A model generated the notes under the pieces. It did no database searches. It had not been told where the DNA came from and saw nothing but the letters and a program-made list of their open reading frames with translations. From contig DAHJ01000022.1 of NCBI GenBank assembly GCA_002495905.1, positions 1,008 to 65,007 on the forward strand: 64,000 nucleotides of DNA, in the 5' to 3' direction. Source of the stretch: Thaumarchaeota archaeon UBA223 (GTDB taxonomy: Archaea; Thermoproteota; Nitrososphaeria; Nitrososphaerales; UBA57). Below are positions 17,330 to 27,427 of the stretch, piece after piece (the first letter of the stretch is position 1; every line of letters begins with the position of its first letter). The translations under genes and the position numbers were made by a program.

Positions 17330-19225
17330 ATGGAATTATCATCGATCGAACTATTCAAGATAATTTCTATATTGAATAAGGAAATAGAATCAGACAATTT
17401 GTATTTGAATAATATCTATCAAGTTATGAATGATTCATATTTATTTAAGTTACATCAAGTAGGAAAACCAAAGAAATACGTTATGATAAATCCAAAAATT
17501 GGAATATGGGCGTCAAAATATGATATAGAAAAAGACGAATCTACAGGATATGTAACATCATTGAGAAAGAATTTACTCAGGGCAAGATTGATTAAATTTG
17601 AACAGCCACCAGGTGAGAGAATATGCATAATGCATTTTGAAACAAAGAAAGGAAAGAGAAAAGTGATTTGTGAATTCTTTAGAGAAGGTAACATAGTCGT
17701 AGTAGATGAAAATAATAAAATTTTATCATGTTTAAAAAAATTAAAAGTTCGTCATAGAGAAATATTTCCTGGAAACATATATGAATTTCCTCCTTTAAGA
17801 GCTACATCAATAGAGAATTTTGAAATAGAAGATTTAAAGAGTATTTATGAAACAGATTTAGAAATAGCAAAGTGGATCGGAAGGAATTATTCTTTATCAA
17901 AGAAATATATTGAAGAAATACTTGAAAAGACAGATATAGATAAGAAAAAAGAATGTAATAAATTATCAAGTGAAGAAGTAAATAGATTAGAAAAAGAGAT
18001 ATTAGAATTAGTTAAGATAATAAAATCTCATGATTTAAATGTCTGGGTTGCAAAAGATGGAGAATTAATTGAAGATATTTCATTGATAAATTTGGATCAT
18101 AGTAAAGAAAAGAAATATTACGAGTCAGAGTCAATGATGGATGAATTAGACAGTTATATAACCTTGAATTTATCAAAGGATCAAACAGTAATCAAACAAG
18201 AACCAATTAATAAGAAGATAATTGAACTAGAAAAATCTATTAAATCTCAGGAAGAAGCGTATAATAATAACAAGAATAAAGCAATAGAATTAAGAGATTT
18301 AGCAATAGAACTGAGTAAAGCAAATTCATATAATGAAATTTTGACTGGAAAGGAGATAGAGATAATCAATTATAGGAGTAATATAATTAAAATACCGTTT
18401 ATTGACTCAGAGTTAGAGATTGATAAAGAAATTTCAGCTATAAAGTTATCTTCTTTATGTTTTGATCAGGCTAAATTACTAGAAAGGAAGATTAAATCAA
18501 TAGAAATTGCTTCATTGAAATTAAAAAAGGATCTTGACAAGATTAGGAAAAAAAGAGAAGTGCAAGAAGAGAATAAATCGTCAATCAAAATTAAAGAAGA
18601 AACATTATGGTTTGAGAAGTTTAGATGGTTTATTTCATTAGAAGGAGATTTAGTAATTGGAGGTAGAGATTCACAATCTAATGTTAATATAATTAAGAAA
18701 TATGCAAAACAAAATGATTTGGTTTTTCATTCGGAAATTGTCGGATCCCCATTTTTCATTATAAAAGAAGGAGTAAGTGATACAACTATAACGGAGATTG
18801 CTACGGCAACTGCTTCATTCAGTAGAGCATGGAAATCAGAAAGTTCTGTTGATGTTTATTATGTCAGATATGAACAAGTAAAGAAAGGAGCTCCTAGTGG
18901 AATGTCAATGCCAAAAGGTAGTTTTATGATAGAGGGTAAAAAAACTATATTAAAAAAAGTGAAATTAGAATTAGCAATAGGTGCAGTAATTCATAATGGA
19001 AGACATACAATCATGAGTGGACCTATAGATGCAGTAATGAGAAAAGCATCAGCATATGTAATTATACGACCAGGAAAACGAAAATCATCAGATATTGCAA
19101 AGCTAATAAAAAATGATTTTATTTCAAAATTAGATAACGATATATCAGAAATATACAAAGGAAAATCAATTGATGAATATTTACGAGTATTGCCGCCTGG
19201 AGGGGCAGAAATAGTAGATAATTAG
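17330..19225 (+). CDS. NFACT-family protein (archaeal Rqc2/RqcH homolog, ribosome quality control)
   Basis: 631 aa. N-terminal NFACT-N-like region, a long Lys/Glu-rich coiled coil, then the NFACT-R (DUF814) block GGRDSQSNVNIIKKYAKQNDLVFHSEIVGSPFFIIK. Confidence 0.8.
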   Translation: MELSSIELFKIISILNKEIESDNLYLNNIYQVMNDSYLFKLHQVGKPKKYVMINPKIGIWASKYDIEKDESTGYVTSLRKNLLRARLIKFEQPPGERICIMHFETKKGKRKVICEFFREGNIVVVDENNKILSCLKKLKVRHREIFPGNIYEFPPLRATSIENFEIEDLKSIYETDLEIAKWIGRNYSLSKKYIEEILEKTDIDKKKECNKLSSEEVNRLEKEILELVKIIKSHDLNVWVAKDGELIEDISLINLDHSKEKKYYESESMMDELDSYITLNLSKDQTVIKQEPINKKIIELEKSIKSQEEAYNNNKNKAIELRDLAIELSKANSYNEILTGKEIEIINYRSNIIKIPFIDSELEIDKEISAIKLSSLCFDQAKLLERKIKSIEIASLKLKKDLDKIRKKREVQEENKSSIKIKEETLWFEKFRWFISLEGDLVIGGRDSQSNVNIIKKYAKQNDLVFHSEIVGSPFFIIKEGVSDTTITEIATATASFSRAWKSESSVDVYYVRYEQVKKGAPSGMSMPKGSFMIEGKKTILKKVKLELAIGAVIHNGRHTIMSGPIDAVMRKASAYVIIRPGKRKSSDIAKLIKNDFISKLDNDISEIYKGKSIDEYLRVLPPGGAEIVDN

Positions 19226-19232
19226 GAAGGAA

Positions 19233-20498
19233 ATGTACATGGATGTGAATATAATTAATGGAAGAGTGTGGATAAACGGAAATCTAGAAGAAGCAAATAT
19301 ATCAATTAATAATGGGAAAATATCAAAACTGACAAATAAGGAAAATATACAAGAAGCTGATGAGACAATCGATGCAAAAGAAAACATAGTTTTTCCTGGA
19401 TTTGTGGATGTGCATACACACCTAAGAGATTCAGAGTTTTCTTATAAAGAAGATTTTGATTCAGGGACTAAAGCGGCAATAGCAGGTGGATTCACAACAA
19501 TTTTAGATATGCCAAACACGAACCCTCCCATAACTAATGTAGCAGAATTGAATAACAGACAAAAACGTGCAAATAATAATATTTTTTGCAATGTCGGATT
19601 TTATTGTTCGCCTGTGAATGCAAATGATATAAATGAATTAAAAATATCAAATGCAATTGGATATAAAATATATTTACACAAACCATTTCCAGATCAAGAT
19701 TTGTCAGACAAAAATTTAATTGAAATTATGTATAAGATAAAAGAAAACAACGGAATATTAGCAATACATGCAGAGGATCATAATTGGTTTGATGGAATTA
19801 TCCATACTAATGAAGCAGAGATTAAAGCAATAAAGAGAATTACAGATTTAGCAAAATTAACAAAATGTAAAATACATTTTGTGCATGTTTCGACAAAAGA
19901 GGGGTTAGGCATAATTAAACAGAATAAAAAAGAATTAGATGTTTCATGTGAAGCAACTCCACATCATACAATTTTAAACACAGATAAAATAAAAGGTAGA
20001 GAATATTATTGTGAACCACCTTTAAGAGATAAAGAAAATCAAGAATCAATTCTCAACAGTATAATAGAAGGAGACATAGATATGATAGCTACAGATCATG
20101 CACCTCATTCAATACAAGATAAAAAAGAAGGAAAGCCAGGTTTTTCAGGTTTAGAAATTACTGCCCCTTTGATAATCGATTTATACAAAAAAGATAAGAT
20201 TACTTTAAAGAGAATATATGAGATTTTAGTATGGAATCCAATTATGAGATTTGGGATAAAGAATAGAGGAAAAATAAAAGAAGGCTATATTGCAGATTTA
20301 GTAGTTTTTGATGAGAATAAGGAGCAAATAATCAATGTTAACAAGTTCTTTTCTAAAGGAAAGAATTCACCATTTGATGGAATGAAGATAACAGGTTCAA
20401 TTACAAAGACAATAGTGAATGGAAAGATGGTATTTGATGGAAAGAACATAATTAATTCAGGTATGGGTAAAGTATTACAGAATCAATTAGATTTTTAG
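19233..20498 (+). CDS. pyrC: dihydroorotase (amidohydrolase superfamily)
   Basis: 421 aa. The metal ligands FPGFVDVHTHLRD, the ...ATDHAPH motif and the cyclic amidohydrolase length are present. Confidence 0.85.
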   Translation: MYMDVNIINGRVWINGNLEEANISINNGKISKLTNKENIQEADETIDAKENIVFPGFVDVHTHLRDSEFSYKEDFDSGTKAAIAGGFTTILDMPNTNPPITNVAELNNRQKRANNNIFCNVGFYCSPVNANDINELKISNAIGYKIYLHKPFPDQDLSDKNLIEIMYKIKENNGILAIHAEDHNWFDGIIHTNEAEIKAIKRITDLAKLTKCKIHFVHVSTKEGLGIIKQNKKELDVSCEATPHHTILNTDKIKGREYYCEPPLRDKENQESILNSIIEGDIDMIATDHAPHSIQDKKEGKPGFSGLEITAPLIIDLYKKDKITLKRIYEILVWNPIMRFGIKNRGKIKEGYIADLVVFDENKEQIINVNKFFSKGKNSPFDGMKITGSITKTIVNGKMVFDGKNIINSGMGKVLQNQLDF

Positions 20499-20507
20499 TA
20501 TTTTTGT

Positions 20508-21665
20508 TTGAGTGATAACATGAGGGAAAAGAAAGTATATTTTCCAACATTTGGATCAGGAGTAGGACACGCAAGTAGAGCTTCCATAATTGCAAGTTCT
20601 TTAGAAGATAATTTTTCTTATAGATTTAGTTCGTTTAAAGATGGTTATGAATTTCTAGTGGCAAATAAATTTCAGTGTAAAGATATTTATCCTTTAGATA
20701 TATCATGGAAAAAAGATGGAAAAGTTTCAACAACAAAGACAATAATAAGGTCTCCATTATTATCAGGAATTTTTTTATATCATCTGAAAGAAGAGTATGG
20801 TTTTTTAAAAAAATACCAACCAGACTTAGTATTTAGTGATTCCAGATTATCACCAATATTATGTGCTAATAAACTAAAAATTCCATCAATGGTAATTCTA
20901 AATCAGATCAAGCTATTGGTTGAGATTAGAGATAAAAGAAGGAAAAGATTAGAAACATTAAATGGTCGAATTTTAGGGAAGTTTTGGGATTATGCAAATG
21001 AGATATTCATTCCAGATTTACCTCCTCCCTATACAATATGTAAAGAGAATATAGAAGGAGTAGATTCAATAAAAGATAAAATAACATATATTGGATTTAT
21101 ATCGAGACGACCAGACAAGAAGAAGAGATATTCAATAGTTAATGAATTAGACATCGATAAAGACAAAAAAACAATATATGTTCAAATTAGTGGTCCAAAA
21201 CAATCTAGGCTCAGCGTATATCAAAGAATAATTAGACAAATTGAACCAATAAAGAATGAATATAACATAATAATTTCAAAGGGAGATCCAAATGGAACTT
21301 CAAAACCGAAAAAAATGGAATATTGGACAGAATTTGAATGGTGTCCATGGATAGAGATGTTTGAGATATCTGATTGTGTAGTAATGCGAGGTGGTCATTC
21401 TACTATTGGAAATGCAATATCAGCAGGTAAGCCATCAATAATAATTCCAATAGAAAATCAGAGTGAACAAATACAAAATGCAATAAGAGTAAACGAATTA
21501 GATTTAGGAATTCATATGATAGATGATAACGAATCTTTGGTTAGAAACATCAAATCAGTATTAAATGAAAGTCGATATAAAAATGCTACAAAGAAGTTCA
21601 AAGAATTGTCGAGTGAATATAATGGAATAGAGATATGTAAAGAAAAGATCAAAGAATATTCATGA
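20508..21665 (+). CDS. MurG-like GT-B glycosyltransferase (GT28 C-terminal domain type)
   Basis: 385 aa. N-terminal FGSGVGHASRA and C-terminal VMRGGHSTIGNAISAGKPSIIIP...EQ..NA are present. The track start is TTG; an ATG 4 codons downstream is an alternative. Confidence 0.7.
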   Translation: MSDNMREKKVYFPTFGSGVGHASRASIIASSLEDNFSYRFSSFKDGYEFLVANKFQCKDIYPLDISWKKDGKVSTTKTIIRSPLLSGIFLYHLKEEYGFLKKYQPDLVFSDSRLSPILCANKLKIPSMVILNQIKLLVEIRDKRRKRLETLNGRILGKFWDYANEIFIPDLPPPYTICKENIEGVDSIKDKITYIGFISRRPDKKKRYSIVNELDIDKDKKTIYVQISGPKQSRLSVYQRIIRQIEPIKNEYNIIISKGDPNGTSKPKKMEYWTEFEWCPWIEMFEISDCVVMRGGHSTIGNAISAGKPSIIIPIENQSEQIQNAIRVNELDLGIHMIDDNESLVRNIKSVLNESRYKNATKKFKELSSEYNGIEICKEKIKEYS

Positions 21666-22541
21666 TTATTTTTTGTTAGAAAATTTCTTTTCTAATTTGA
21701 TTAATTCATCGTAATTAACAATTTTATTAAATTTATCAAAAGGTATTAACTGGTCTTCAATTCCAACTGAAGTTTGATGTTTTTTAAGGTAAGATAAGGA
21801 ATCAAATATAGCTTTAGCAGACGAGTATAATGATGTTAAAGGAAATAAAATGATTTTGAATCCAATATTTTTTGCCTCTTCCATTGTAATTAAGGGAGTA
21901 CTTCCTCCTTCAAGTTGATTTAATAATAAAGGTAATTTTACTTGTTTTGCAATAAGTTCTAGTTCATCAATTTTATTAGGAGCTTCGATGAATAATACGT
22001 CCGCACCTGCTTTATGATAACGTTTGACTCTATCGATAGCTTGTTCGACACCTTCAATAGCAAGACTGTCAGTACGGCCAACAATAACCAGATCAGATTT
22101 TTCTTCTTTACGACTTTGTGATGCAGCTTTTATTTTAGATTCCATTTCATCTATTGGAATAACCGCTTTACCTTTCATATGTCCGCATTTTTTTGGCCAT
22201 ACTTGATCTTCTAAAATAAGTCCTGAAGCACCAGAACGAATGTAATCTTTAACAGTTCTCATAGTATTCAAAGAATTTCCATATCCAGTATCAGCATCGG
22301 CAACTACAGGAATATCAATGGAATTGCAAATATTAGAAACTCTTTCTTTCATTTCAGAGAAGCTTACTAAACCTATATCAGGGACCCCTAGTAGAGTTGC
22401 AGCAGTACCATAACCTGTATGAAAAACTGCTTTAAATCCAACTTGTTGTGCAATTTTCGCACTTAATGCATCATATATTCCAGGTACCAATATGGGTTCA
22501 TTAGTTTCAAGAAGTTTACGTAAAGAGTTCGGTTTACCCAT
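21666..22541 (-). CDS. isocitrate lyase/PEP mutase superfamily enzyme, methylisocitrate-lyase-like
   Basis: 291 aa. DADTGYG and EDQVWPKKCGHMKGK are present. The KKCGH signature marks the lyase branch rather than the EDK...NS motif of true PEP mutases. Confidence 0.75.
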   Translation of the reverse strand: MGKPNSLRKLLETNEPILVPGIYDALSAKIAQQVGFKAVFHTGYGTAATLLGVPDIGLVSFSEMKERVSNICNSIDIPVVADADTGYGNSLNTMRTVKDYIRSGASGLILEDQVWPKKCGHMKGKAVIPIDEMESKIKAASQSRKEEKSDLVIVGRTDSLAIEGVEQAIDRVKRYHKAGADVLFIEAPNKIDELELIAKQVKLPLLLNQLEGGSTPLITMEEAKNIGFKIILFPLTSLYSSAKAIFDSLSYLKKHQTSVGIEDQLIPFDKFNKIVNYDELIKLEKKFSNKK

Positions 22542-22624
22542 ATTCTACATTAATGTTAGTCATTATTAATTATAACATATAATAAACTAATATTTTATTA
22601 TACAAGGATAATATTGAGATAGTT

Positions 22625-23248
22625 ATGGAATTTAATGAAGATAATTATAGACGATCAAGAATCCCACAAACTACATGGACTATTCGATTTATAGTTATAT
22701 CAATCGTATTTTTTGTATTGCAAAATATTCTTGGGCCAGAAATTTGGCAATATTTTGCATTCTTTCCAGCATTAGCAATAAAATGGCCTTGGACTTTAAT
22801 AACATCGGTATTTCTACATGCAGATTTTAATCACCTATTATTCAACATGTTTGCATTGTTTTTCTTTGGTTCATATCTTGAGAGATTACTTGGAAGTAAT
22901 AGATTTCTAATAATTTTCATAGCAGCAGGAATAGTTGGAAATATTGGATATTTCGTGACTGCCCCCAATAACATGATTCCCGCAATAGGTGCATCGGGTG
23001 CTGCATATGGATTAATGGGAACATTAGCAGTACTTGCGCCATTTATGTCAGTATATGTTTGGGGTCTTCTTCCTGTACCAATGGTAATATTAACAGCAGG
23101 TTATGCATTTGTTGATATAATTGGTTTAACTTCTCCATCAGGAATAGCTCATGGAGCTCATCTAGCAGGATTAATAGTAGGAGTAGCTTTTGGATTATAT
23201 TTACGTCCTTATTTTGGTTACCGAAGACAAAGAGATATAGACATGTAA
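22625..23248 (+). CDS. rhomboid-family intramembrane serine protease
   Basis: 207 aa with about 6 TM segments. HADFNHLLFNM, the catalytic GASGAAYGLMG and HGAHLAGLIVG are present. Confidence 0.9.
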   Translation: MEFNEDNYRRSRIPQTTWTIRFIVISIVFFVLQNILGPEIWQYFAFFPALAIKWPWTLITSVFLHADFNHLLFNMFALFFFGSYLERLLGSNRFLIIFIAAGIVGNIGYFVTAPNNMIPAIGASGAAYGLMGTLAVLAPFMSVYVWGLLPVPMVILTAGYAFVDIIGLTSPSGIAHGAHLAGLIVGVAFGLYLRPYFGYRRQRDIDM

Positions 23249-24394
23249 TTATTTTTTTGTATAAGCTCGATCACGCCAAACAAATTTAGAATTTGAATAA
23301 ATTTTGAACACAGATATAATTATATTAAGAAATAGAATAAAATTGGTAAATGGTTGAAATAGAATATAGAATTTTGAATGTCGAATATCAGTAAATTCAA
23401 TAAGATATGACATGGCCATAAATGAAATTGTGAAAAAAATTAGAATTGAATAGAATAAGTTGAACGAATTTACAAAAATAAGTAATAAATAAGGAAAAAC
23501 AAGGCCAATAAAGGCAAAGAATATTGAAAATAGTCCAATAATAAAATTTAATTCAATAAATGAAGTAGAAGTAGCACGTTGTATGGCATCGAGATTATTA
23601 GAATATCCTACATTAGAATAAGTAGAGACAAGACTATTGGAACGTACAAGTCTTAGATTAAAACCAGAATTCTTAACAAGTTCTCCTAATGATTTGTCTT
23701 CAACAAAAGATGACTTAACACTTTCATGACCTCCTATAGAATCATATGTTTGTTTCTTAATTAGAATAAATGCGCCAATAAGATATGCAATTGGAGTGTG
23801 TTTTGAATTTAGAAATAAAGGAGAATATACAATGTTAATCATAGAAATTAAAATTGGAAGGATAAGTTTTCCCCAGAAGTCAGGACATATTAATTGTGGT
23901 AAAGTAGTAAGTACATCTAGATTATTCTGTTGCATATATGAAAAAGATGATAGAACTGAATTAGAATGATGTTCAGTATCTGCGTCGATAAATAATAAAA
24001 TGGAACCATTAGATTTTTTATATCCTTTATGACATGCATAGTTTTTTCCAACCCAATCAGGATTATCATGATTTATTTTTACAATAGAGAATCGATCATC
24101 GTTTTGACAGAATTTTTTTGTAATTTCATATGTATCATCTGTAGAATTATCATCAACAATAATTACTTCATAATTACTATAACTTTGATTTTTTATAGAT
24201 TGTAAACAACGTTTGATATTGCTACTTTCATTTCGTGCGGGAATTATAATTGATATTAGGGGTTGAGACAAAGTTTCAGTTTTTAATTTTAATTTATCAA
24301 TTTTGAAATAACTAAATATTCTAAAAAGAAGAATTATTAACCAAGATAATGTAATTACAGGGATAACAAATTCAACAAATGTATAGAGCATCAC
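23249..24394 (-). CDS. membrane-embedded family-2 glycosyltransferase
   Basis: 381 aa. An N-terminal TM is followed by ISIIIPARNES, VDDNSTDDT and FIDADT, then about 4 C-terminal TM helices. The architecture resembles lipid- or polyprenol-directed GT2 enzymes. Confidence 0.8.
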   Translation of the reverse strand: MMLYTFVEFVIPVITLSWLIILLFRIFSYFKIDKLKLKTETLSQPLISIIIPARNESSNIKRCLQSIKNQSYSNYEVIIVDDNSTDDTYEITKKFCQNDDRFSIVKINHDNPDWVGKNYACHKGYKKSNGSILLFIDADTEHHSNSVLSSFSYMQQNNLDVLTTLPQLICPDFWGKLILPILISMINIVYSPLFLNSKHTPIAYLIGAFILIKKQTYDSIGGHESVKSSFVEDKSLGELVKNSGFNLRLVRSNSLVSTYSNVGYSNNLDAIQRATSTSFIELNFIIGLFSIFFAFIGLVFPYLLLIFVNSFNLFYSILIFFTISFMAMSYLIEFTDIRHSKFYILFQPFTNFILFLNIIISVFKIYSNSKFVWRDRAYTKK

Positions 24395-24461
24395 ATTATT
24401 ATCAAGAATTTGAATTATTTATCTAACAAGGTTTATTTATTACCATAGTACAGTGGTAATT

Positions 24462-24797
24462 ATGAGTGAACAAAATTTTCCAGTATCTGGAATAGCATGT
24501 GATTTACAAGGAACTATAACCGAATTTGGCAAAGGTGCTGAAGAATTATTCGGGTATACAAAAGAAGAATTAATAGGAAAAGGTAATGTAGGAATGTTTC
24601 ATATAGAAGAAAACTTGCAAACATTAGTTCCTTTATTGCTTAAAACTGCTTCAGAAAAAGGAGAATGGGAAGACATAGTAGAATTAGTACGAAAAGACGG
24701 ATCTCACTTCAAAGGAAGATTAAATGTCAAACCATTAATGGAAGATGGTCAACAAATTGGTTTTATGGGTAAAACAGAGTTTGTTGAGAACGTCTAA
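24462..24797 (+). CDS. stand-alone PAS-domain protein
   Basis: About 111 aa. D..G.ITEFGKGAEELFGYTKEELIGK ... RKDGSHF is a typical PAS core. The track ORF starts at a GTG at 24453; the ATG at 24462 is preferred. Confidence 0.7.
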   Translation: MSEQNFPVSGIACDLQGTITEFGKGAEELFGYTKEELIGKGNVGMFHIEENLQTLVPLLLKTASEKGEWEDIVELVRKDGSHFKGRLNVKPLMEDGQQIGFMGKTEFVENV

Positions 24798-24815
24798 AAA
24801 GAATTAGGTGATTAA

Positions 24816-25796
24816 TTGAAATTAGAAGTCTGGGCAAAAGAATTAAGGATTCCATTTCTCAGCCTTCCAGCAATTTTTGTGCCACTAGGAATAACTGTAG
24901 CTTTACTAGACGGCTATTTTAATTTAGTTTATGGCATACTAACATTAATTGGAATTGTCTGCTTGCATGCAAGTGTTAATGTCTTAAATGATTATTTTGA
25001 TTTCAAGAGTGGAATAGACACAACTACAACACCAACACCGTTTAGTGGTGGAAGTAGAGTATTACCAGAAAAACTTTTAGAGCCAAGGAGTGTTCTGATT
25101 GGCGGAATTATTTTATTGGCAATTGGATCATTAATAGGATTGTATTTCTTATATGTATTTAATTTCCCGTTATTACTAATTGCTATTATTGCAATTGCAA
25201 TTATTTCAGCAGTAGCATATTCACCATTACTATCAACAATCGGATTAGGAGAAGTTTTTGTATTTTTGAATTTCGGTCCGTTATTATTCACAGGTATATA
25301 CTATATTCAAAGTGGTGGATTAATCACTACAGAACCAATCATTGTTGGATCAATTGTAGGATTAATGACTACCGGAATACTTTACATTAATGAATTTCCA
25401 GATACAGATGCTGATAAATCAAAAGGAAGATTTCATTTAGTTGCAAGATTAGGAAAAGAAAAAGCCGTAGGATTATATAATATAATAATGGGATTAAGTT
25501 ACGTTATCATAGTCATAGGAGTAATTTCATCATTTGTAATTGGAGTAGGAATTCCACCTACATGCATTATAGCATTAGGTACTTTTTCATTAACTCCAAA
25601 AGGAAATTTCCGAACCGCTTCAAAAATTTTAAGTAAAGAATATGATAAAATAATGGAATTAATCCCTGCTATGGGAAATACTGTAATGACAACAATACAA
25701 ACTGGAGTACTGTTATTGGTAGGTTATTTAATTTGGTATTTCTTATCAATTTATTTCCCTGGAACAACAACAATTCTTCCTGGAAATATCAGCTAA
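24816..25796 (+). CDS. menA: UbiA-family prenyltransferase, 1,4-dihydroxy-2-naphthoate polyprenyltransferase-like
   Basis: 326 aa with about 9 TM segments. The first Asp-rich motif is NVLNDYFDFKSGID and the second is NEFPDTDADK. The start is TTG. Confidence 0.8.
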   Translation: MKLEVWAKELRIPFLSLPAIFVPLGITVALLDGYFNLVYGILTLIGIVCLHASVNVLNDYFDFKSGIDTTTTPTPFSGGSRVLPEKLLEPRSVLIGGIILLAIGSLIGLYFLYVFNFPLLLIAIIAIAIISAVAYSPLLSTIGLGEVFVFLNFGPLLFTGIYYIQSGGLITTEPIIVGSIVGLMTTGILYINEFPDTDADKSKGRFHLVARLGKEKAVGLYNIIMGLSYVIIVIGVISSFVIGVGIPPTCIIALGTFSLTPKGNFRTASKILSKEYDKIMELIPAMGNTVMTTIQTGVLLLVGYLIWYFLSIYFPGTTTILPGNIS

Positions 25797-25849
25797 TCTT
25801 TAAAAAACCAACAATAAAGATTATATCGAAGAAGTCATTTCTGATTACT

Positions 25850-26119
25850 ATGAGACAATTTAGAATTGTAGCAGAACAATCTAAAAAAGCATTTGAAGAA
25901 GAATTAAATAAACTATCAGAAGATGGATGGGAAATAATCCATTATGGAAGTTCAGTGAGTGTTGGTTCAACGCGCTCCAATACAGTAGTATTATTCAGTG
26001 CTGTATTAGAAAAAGAAAAAATTGTTTCTGCAAAGAGAAAATCTAAGTCTTCGTCAAGTAAGAAAAAAGTACCTGCAAAAACAGTTATTGATTCTACTCC
26101 AAATACAAATGAGTTTTAA
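25850..26119 (+). CDS. small DUF4177-like protein with Lys/Ser-rich tail
   Basis: The track ORF (25733..) overlaps the menA 3' end. The ATG at 25850 gives MRQFRIVAEQSKKAFEEELNKLSEDGWEIIHYG..., a compact alpha/beta-looking unit, followed by KRKSKSSSSKKK. Confidence 0.5.
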   Translation: MRQFRIVAEQSKKAFEEELNKLSEDGWEIIHYGSSVSVGSTRSNTVVLFSAVLEKEKIVSAKRKSKSSSSKKKVPAKTVIDSTPNTNEF

Positions 26120-26124
26120 TTAGA

Positions 26125-26928
26125 TTAACTTTCAATTGGGAGATCTTCTCTAGTACTCCAATCGGCAAATGATCTGTCATAAATTTTAACATTATCATAT
26201 CCGCATATTTGTAATGCTACAAAAGTATGAGAAGCTCTTTCTCCAACTTGGCAATAACAAATTATTTCTTTATCTTTAGTAATTCCAGACTCTTCAAAGA
26301 GACTATTCATCTGTTCTAGATCTTTGAAAATATAACCTTCGTTACCTACTGCAATTTCCCAAGGAAAGTTTTTGGAGTTTGGAATCCTACCCGATTTAGG
26401 TCCTGCTGCAATGATTCCATTAAATTCTTCAGGACTGCGAGTATCAACCAATACAGAATTAGAATCATTGATTTTAGATAGTACATATTCATGATCAACT
26501 TTGAAATCAAGTTGAGATTGATTAATAATAAAATTAGAATTTTCAATTATTTCAACTTTATCAGTAACAGGATATCCTAATGACATCCATTTAGAGAAAC
26601 TAATATCAAGAAATTGAACAGTGAGGCCATAATACGCAAGAGACCAGAATAAGCGGGCTGCAGTAGCACCTCCTCGATCACCGCATATTATAAGCGTAGA
26701 TTCGTTTTTTATACCAAGAATACTAAGTAATTCTTCTATTTGTTCCTTAGAAGCCAAGTCAAAATATGATGTAGAATCGGTAAAACTCAAGATTTTATCA
26801 TAAGGAACGAGTCTAGAATTAGGAATATGAGCAGAATTGTATTCACGAGGGGAACGAATATCAAGTACTACAAAATTAGGATCATTAAGATTTTCTTTTA
26901 ACCATAGAGAATCCAATAAAATAGACAT
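26125..26928 (-). CDS. two-domain rhodanese sulfurtransferase
   Basis: 267 aa. Domain 1 has the loop IICGDRGGATAAR and domain 2 has the catalytic loop CYCQVGERASH. There is a conserved Trp near the C-terminus (FADWS). Confidence 0.88.
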   Translation of the reverse strand: MSILLDSLWLKENLNDPNFVVLDIRSPREYNSAHIPNSRLVPYDKILSFTDSTSYFDLASKEQIEELLSILGIKNESTLIICGDRGGATAARLFWSLAYYGLTVQFLDISFSKWMSLGYPVTDKVEIIENSNFIINQSQLDFKVDHEYVLSKINDSNSVLVDTRSPEEFNGIIAAGPKSGRIPNSKNFPWEIAVGNEGYIFKDLEQMNSLFEESGITKDKEIICYCQVGERASHTFVALQICGYDNVKIYDRSFADWSTREDLPIES

Positions 26929-26930
26929 AA

Positions 26931-27173
26931 TTATTTTTTCCTCAAAATAAATTTAAAGTAATTATCTTCTTCATTAATCTCAATAATTTCATGGCCTACA
27001 CGATTAGCCCATGCAGGGATATCTTCTTTAGATGCAGGATCAGTAGCTGAAATTTCAAGAACTTGTCCACTTTCCATTTTAGAAATAAATTGCTTAGTTT
27101 TAAGAACAGGGATAGGACAAACTAAACCTTTAACATCAAGAGATTGATCGATTTTCAAAGAAAGATTCACCAA
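26931..27173 (-). CDS. TusA/SirA/YedF-like sulfur carrier
   Basis: 80 aa. LDVKGLVCPIPVLKTK carries the CPxP motif. The start at 27173 is TTG. Confidence 0.85.
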   Translation of the reverse strand: MVNLSLKIDQSLDVKGLVCPIPVLKTKQFISKMESGQVLEISATDPASKEDIPAWANRVGHEIIEINEEDNYFKFILRKK

Positions 27174-27181
27174 ATAAACGA

Positions 27182-27427
27182 TTAGTTATTGTTATTTTTT
27201 ATAGAAATTTTAAAAACTCCTTCGTCAGTTTCTTCGGAGCTAAGAACTTCATGTCCATCTTTTTTAACAGCTGAAGGAATATTTATTGTAGAAGGTAGAT
27301 GATCAACTGTGACTTCCAATATTTCTCCGTCTTCTAATTTTTTAAGTTCTTTAACAGTATTAATTACTGGCCAAGGACATACTTGTCCAATAAGATCGAG
27401 TTTCTTACTTTGTTGTTGCATAATCAT
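27182..27427 (-). CDS. TusA/SirA/YedF-like sulfur carrier
   Basis: 81 aa. LDLIGQVCPWPVINTVKE carries the CPxP motif. It overlaps the upstream SelD-like gene by 4 nt. Confidence 0.85.
   Translation of the reverse strand: MIMQQQSKKLDLIGQVCPWPVINTVKELKKLEDGEILEVTVDHLPSTINIPSAVKKDGHEVLSSEETDEGVFKISIKNNNN

Noticed and set aside
21666-22541. PEP mutase initiating phosphonate (for example methylphosphonate) biosynthesis, which is known in marine ammonia-oxidising archaea.
   Set aside because: The active-site segment reads EDQVWPKKCGHMKGK. K(K/R)CGH marks the isocitrate/methylisocitrate lyase branch, not the PEP mutase EDK...NS motif. No phosphonopyruvate decarboxylase or MpnS-like neighbours are present.
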